Assembly: GCF_006345805.1 (NCBI RefSeq)
Contig: NW_021836884.1
Span: 1-22,785, forward strand
DNA from: Octopus sinensis
Lineage: Eukaryota
Length of the DNA: 22,785 bases
Reading direction: 5' to 3'
In this document: positions 20,064 through 22,785 of the stretch, piece by piece
How positions within the stretch are numbered: the stretch's first letter is position 1
Layout: the number at the start of each line of letters is the position of its first letter
Notes under the pieces: generated by a model
Told to the model about the DNA's origin: nothing
The model's input: only the letters and a program-made list of their open reading frames with translations
The model's database searches: none
Translations under genes and position numbers: made by a program

Positions 20064-20303
20064 TAAAAAGCACCATCCGTCCGTGGCCGTTTGCCAGCTC
20101 TGTCTGGCACCTGTTTCGGGTGGCACGTAAAAAGCACCCACTACACTCACGGAGTGGTTGGCGTTAGGAAGGGCATCCAGCTGTAGAAACACTGCCAGAT
20201 CAAACTGGGCCTGATGCAGCCTTCTGGCTTTACAGACCCCAGTTGAACCGTCCAACCCATGCTAGCATGGAAAGCGGACGTTAAATGTTGATGATGATGA
20301 TGA
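20064..20303 (+). mobile_element. SINE family C, 3' portion
   Basis: GGCGTTAGGAAGGGCATCCAGCTGTAGAAAC...CCATGCTAGCATGGAAAGCGGACGTTAAATG(ATG)n; other copies at 192-380, 4050-4160 and 16945-17113. Confidence 0.85.
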
Positions 20304-20659
20304 TATATATATATGTATATATGTGTGTGTGTATATGTATATATGTGTGTGTGTGTATATGTATATATGTGTGTTTATATATGTATGTATGTATGTGTGT
20401 GTATATGTATATATGTGTGTGTTTATATATGTATGTATGTATGTGTATATATATATATGTATGTATAGAGTGTTAGGTGTGATGTACAGAATTGAATATT
20501 GAGAAAAAAGTTGTCAGAATTTTTGGGGAAAATCCTTTCATTTCTTCATTATTATTAGTGCTTTCTAGAGAGGAACAAGAGCGCTAAAAATAATGAAGAA
20601 GTAAAGGGATTTTTTCCCCCAAAATTCTGACGACTTTTTTTCTCAATACGTCTTGCTTT

Positions 20660-20942
20660 GTTTGTTCCTTTGCAAGCCATGCCTGGTTCATAGGGCCAGT
20701 TTCCTGGTTTCCTTGGTGTATAGGTTCCCCACCTGGACAGGACGCCAGTCCATTGCAGGTTAGCTGCAAGATTGAAAGTTGTGGCAAAAGAGTCAGCAGA
20801 AGTTCACCATTGCCTTCTGCCGGAGCCGCGTGGAGCTTCGGTGTTTCGCTCATAAACACACACATCACCTGATCTGAGATTCGAACCCGCGATCTCTCGA
20901 CCACAAGTCCGCTGCTCTAACCACTAGGCCCTGTGCCTCCAC
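20660..20942 (-). mobile_element. SINE family D variant with an alternative 3' tail
   Basis: Minus strand GTGGAGGCACAGGGCCTAGTGG (A-box-like), GGTTCGAATC (B-box); body matches 5995-6162 but the tail differs. Confidence 0.8.
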
Positions 20943-20951
20943 TTTTTCTCA

Positions 20952-20972
20952 CTATATATATATAATATAAAT

Positions 20973-21031
<59 letters not shown>
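20952..21031. repeat. (TA)n microsatellite
   Basis: Direct reading. Confidence 0.95.
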
Positions 21032-21036
<5 letters not shown>

Positions 21037-21179
21037 CACACACCACATATGCACCATAATTTTGGGATAACAAATACCTTGTGAGTGGCATTATTTGAGA
21101 GATAAAAAGTGTATAAAAGTCCATCATTATGTGTGTGTGTCAGTGTGTGTATTTTATCTCTTAATATGTGTGTGTATCT

Positions 21180-21340
21180 TCTATCTTTTACTTGTTTCAG
21201 TCACTTTTTTTTCTTCTTTTTAAGTTTGGTAAATATCATATCGGTCTCTTGTACCGAACCACAAAGTTATGGGAACAGAAATGAACCAACACTGGTTGTT
21301 GAGAGGAGGTGGAAGATAAGCCCAAACACAAAGATAACAT
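21180..21340 (-). mobile_element. Degenerate SINE family A tail
   Basis: CTTTTACTTGTTTCAGTCA...ATCGGTCTCTT.T.CCGAACC...CACTGGTTGT. Confidence 0.6.
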
Positions 21341-21460
21341 CTCCCCCTACACACACATATCCTACATAGTTTTTCAGTTTGTGTATAGTTAATAATAGTG
21401 AAGTGTCAAAGTTATACACACACATGCTGTTGGCAATTTCCTTTCCTTCTCTGGACTTTT

Positions 21461-21500
21461 CCCTTTCTGATGAAGAGCAAGTGCTCGAAACATCAAAAAC
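21461..21500 (+). ncRNA. Minimal type I hammerhead-ribozyme motif (Penelope-type), probably decayed
   Basis: CTGATGA(21467-73), A, GAGC-aagt-GCTC stem II, GAAA(21487-90), CA, TC; weak stem I TTT/AAA. Confidence 0.6.
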
Positions 21501-21938
21501 TCTCTTTTTTATACTGAGTGTCAAACTAATACATACCTCGTGCGCGTCCTTGTTGTTATTGCTAATTTTATTGCTTGTTTATTTGATTTGACTTTACGTG
21601 TGTGTGTGTGTGTATTTGTATGTGTGTGTGTGTGTGTGTGTGTTGACGATATGACAATCGACAACTTCTTGTGTGATGATTTTTTTTTTTTTTAAATCCA
21701 AAATATATATAACCACTAGTTTTGAAAAGGAGTGAGTCATATATAGAAATAGACAGAAAATATTGAACAAAGGTTTGTGGACGTTAAATAAAAATATACA
21801 TACAAAGGCAATGTAAAAACGCACAATACAGAATTACCTGTTTAATTACCTGGTGAATATCATAAAAACACACCACCAAGTTTTCATGAAGTAGGACTTT
21901 GTGTGAAAAAGTGGCCCAGAATGAAAATTTTGTTTACA

Positions 21939-22110
21939 GGCGCAGGAGTGGCTGTGTGGTAAGTAGCTTGCTTACCAACCACATGGTTCCAGGTTCAGTC
22001 ACACTGTGTGGCACCTTGGGCAAGTGTCTTCTACTATAGCTTCGGGCCGACCAAAGCCTTGTGAGTGGATTTGGTAGACGGAAACTGAAAAGAAGCCCGT
22101 TGTATATATG

Positions 22111-22152
<42 letters not shown>

Positions 22153-22590
22153 TGTGTGTGTTTGTGTGTCTGTGTTTGTCCCCCTAGCATTGCTTGACAA
22201 CCGATGGTGGTGTGTTTATGTCCCTGTAACTTAGTGGTTCAACTAAAGAGATCCGATAGAATAAGTACTAGGCTTACAAAGAATAAGTCCTGGGGTCGAT
22301 TTGCTTGACTAAAGGCGGTGCTCCAGCATGGCCACAATCAAATGAGTGAAACAAGTAAAAGAGACCGATTGAAAAAGTACTGGGCTTACAAAGAATAAGT
22401 CCTGGTGTCGATTTGCTCGACTAAAGTCGGTGCTCCAGCATGGCCACAATCAAATGAGTGAAACAAGTAAAAGAGACCGATTGAAAAAGTACTGGGCTTA
22501 CAAAGAATAAGTCCTGGTGTCGATTTGCTCGACTAAAGTCGGTGCTCCAGCATGGCCACAGTCAAATGACTGAAACAAGTAAAAGAAAAG
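21939..22590 (+). mobile_element. SINE family A with triplicated 112-bp 3' end
   Basis: Full head at 21939; tail units at about 22248-22360, 22361-22472 and 22473-22584. Confidence 0.92.
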
Positions 22591-22641
22591 AAAAAAAGTA
22601 TATGGCTACGACAGAATTTATCTGTGTGGATTTTTCTGCAG

Positions 22642-22693
22642 CCAGCTGTCCCCCACCGTTCCTGCCAACAGCCTTCACCTGTTTCTGGGTTAG
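22642..22693 (+). other. Candidate 52-nt coding exon (C-type-lectin-like CPxxF-x6-CF start)
   Basis: TTTTTCTGCAG| acceptor and AG|GTAATA donor; frame gives SCPPPFLPTAFTCFWV. No supporting exon in the window. Confidence 0.2.
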
Positions 22694-22785
22694 GTAATAT
22701 TTCCCTGTGACCAGACATGCTCTCACAGAATATTGGAAATGCATGATACTGTATTGTACTACTTGTTTTTATAGCAATTTGATGC

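Noticed and set aside
19734-20476. ORFs rich in YI, CV, HT dipeptides
   Set aside because: Translations of (TA)n/(TG)n tracts.

Overview
Eukaryotic, AT-rich, microsatellite-dense non-coding DNA (intron or intergenic). The repeat families look like those of octopus genomes; this is recognition from memory, not a database result. No intact protein-coding gene is supported: nearly all listed ORFs are read-throughs of microsatellites or SINEs. The window is a mosaic of tRNA-headed SINE families (labelled A-D here for convenience), an internally deleted mariner with TIRs, TA TSDs and a YSPDIAPxDFHLF remnant, TTAA-flanked piggyBac-type MITEs, a hAT-type MITE with an 8-bp TSD, a non-autonomous Helitron, and several local tandem duplications. 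The most interesting item is a ~320-bp-period element at 6736-7327. It has tandem plus inverted copies, sits in (TA)n, and each copy begins with a 63-nt type I hammerhead-ribozyme-like fold with a non-canonical core. Also notable: a second, minimal hammerhead at ~21461-21500, a 137-bp satellite made of tRNA-type A/B-box Pol III promoters, and recurrent SINE self-joining at fixed microhomologies.
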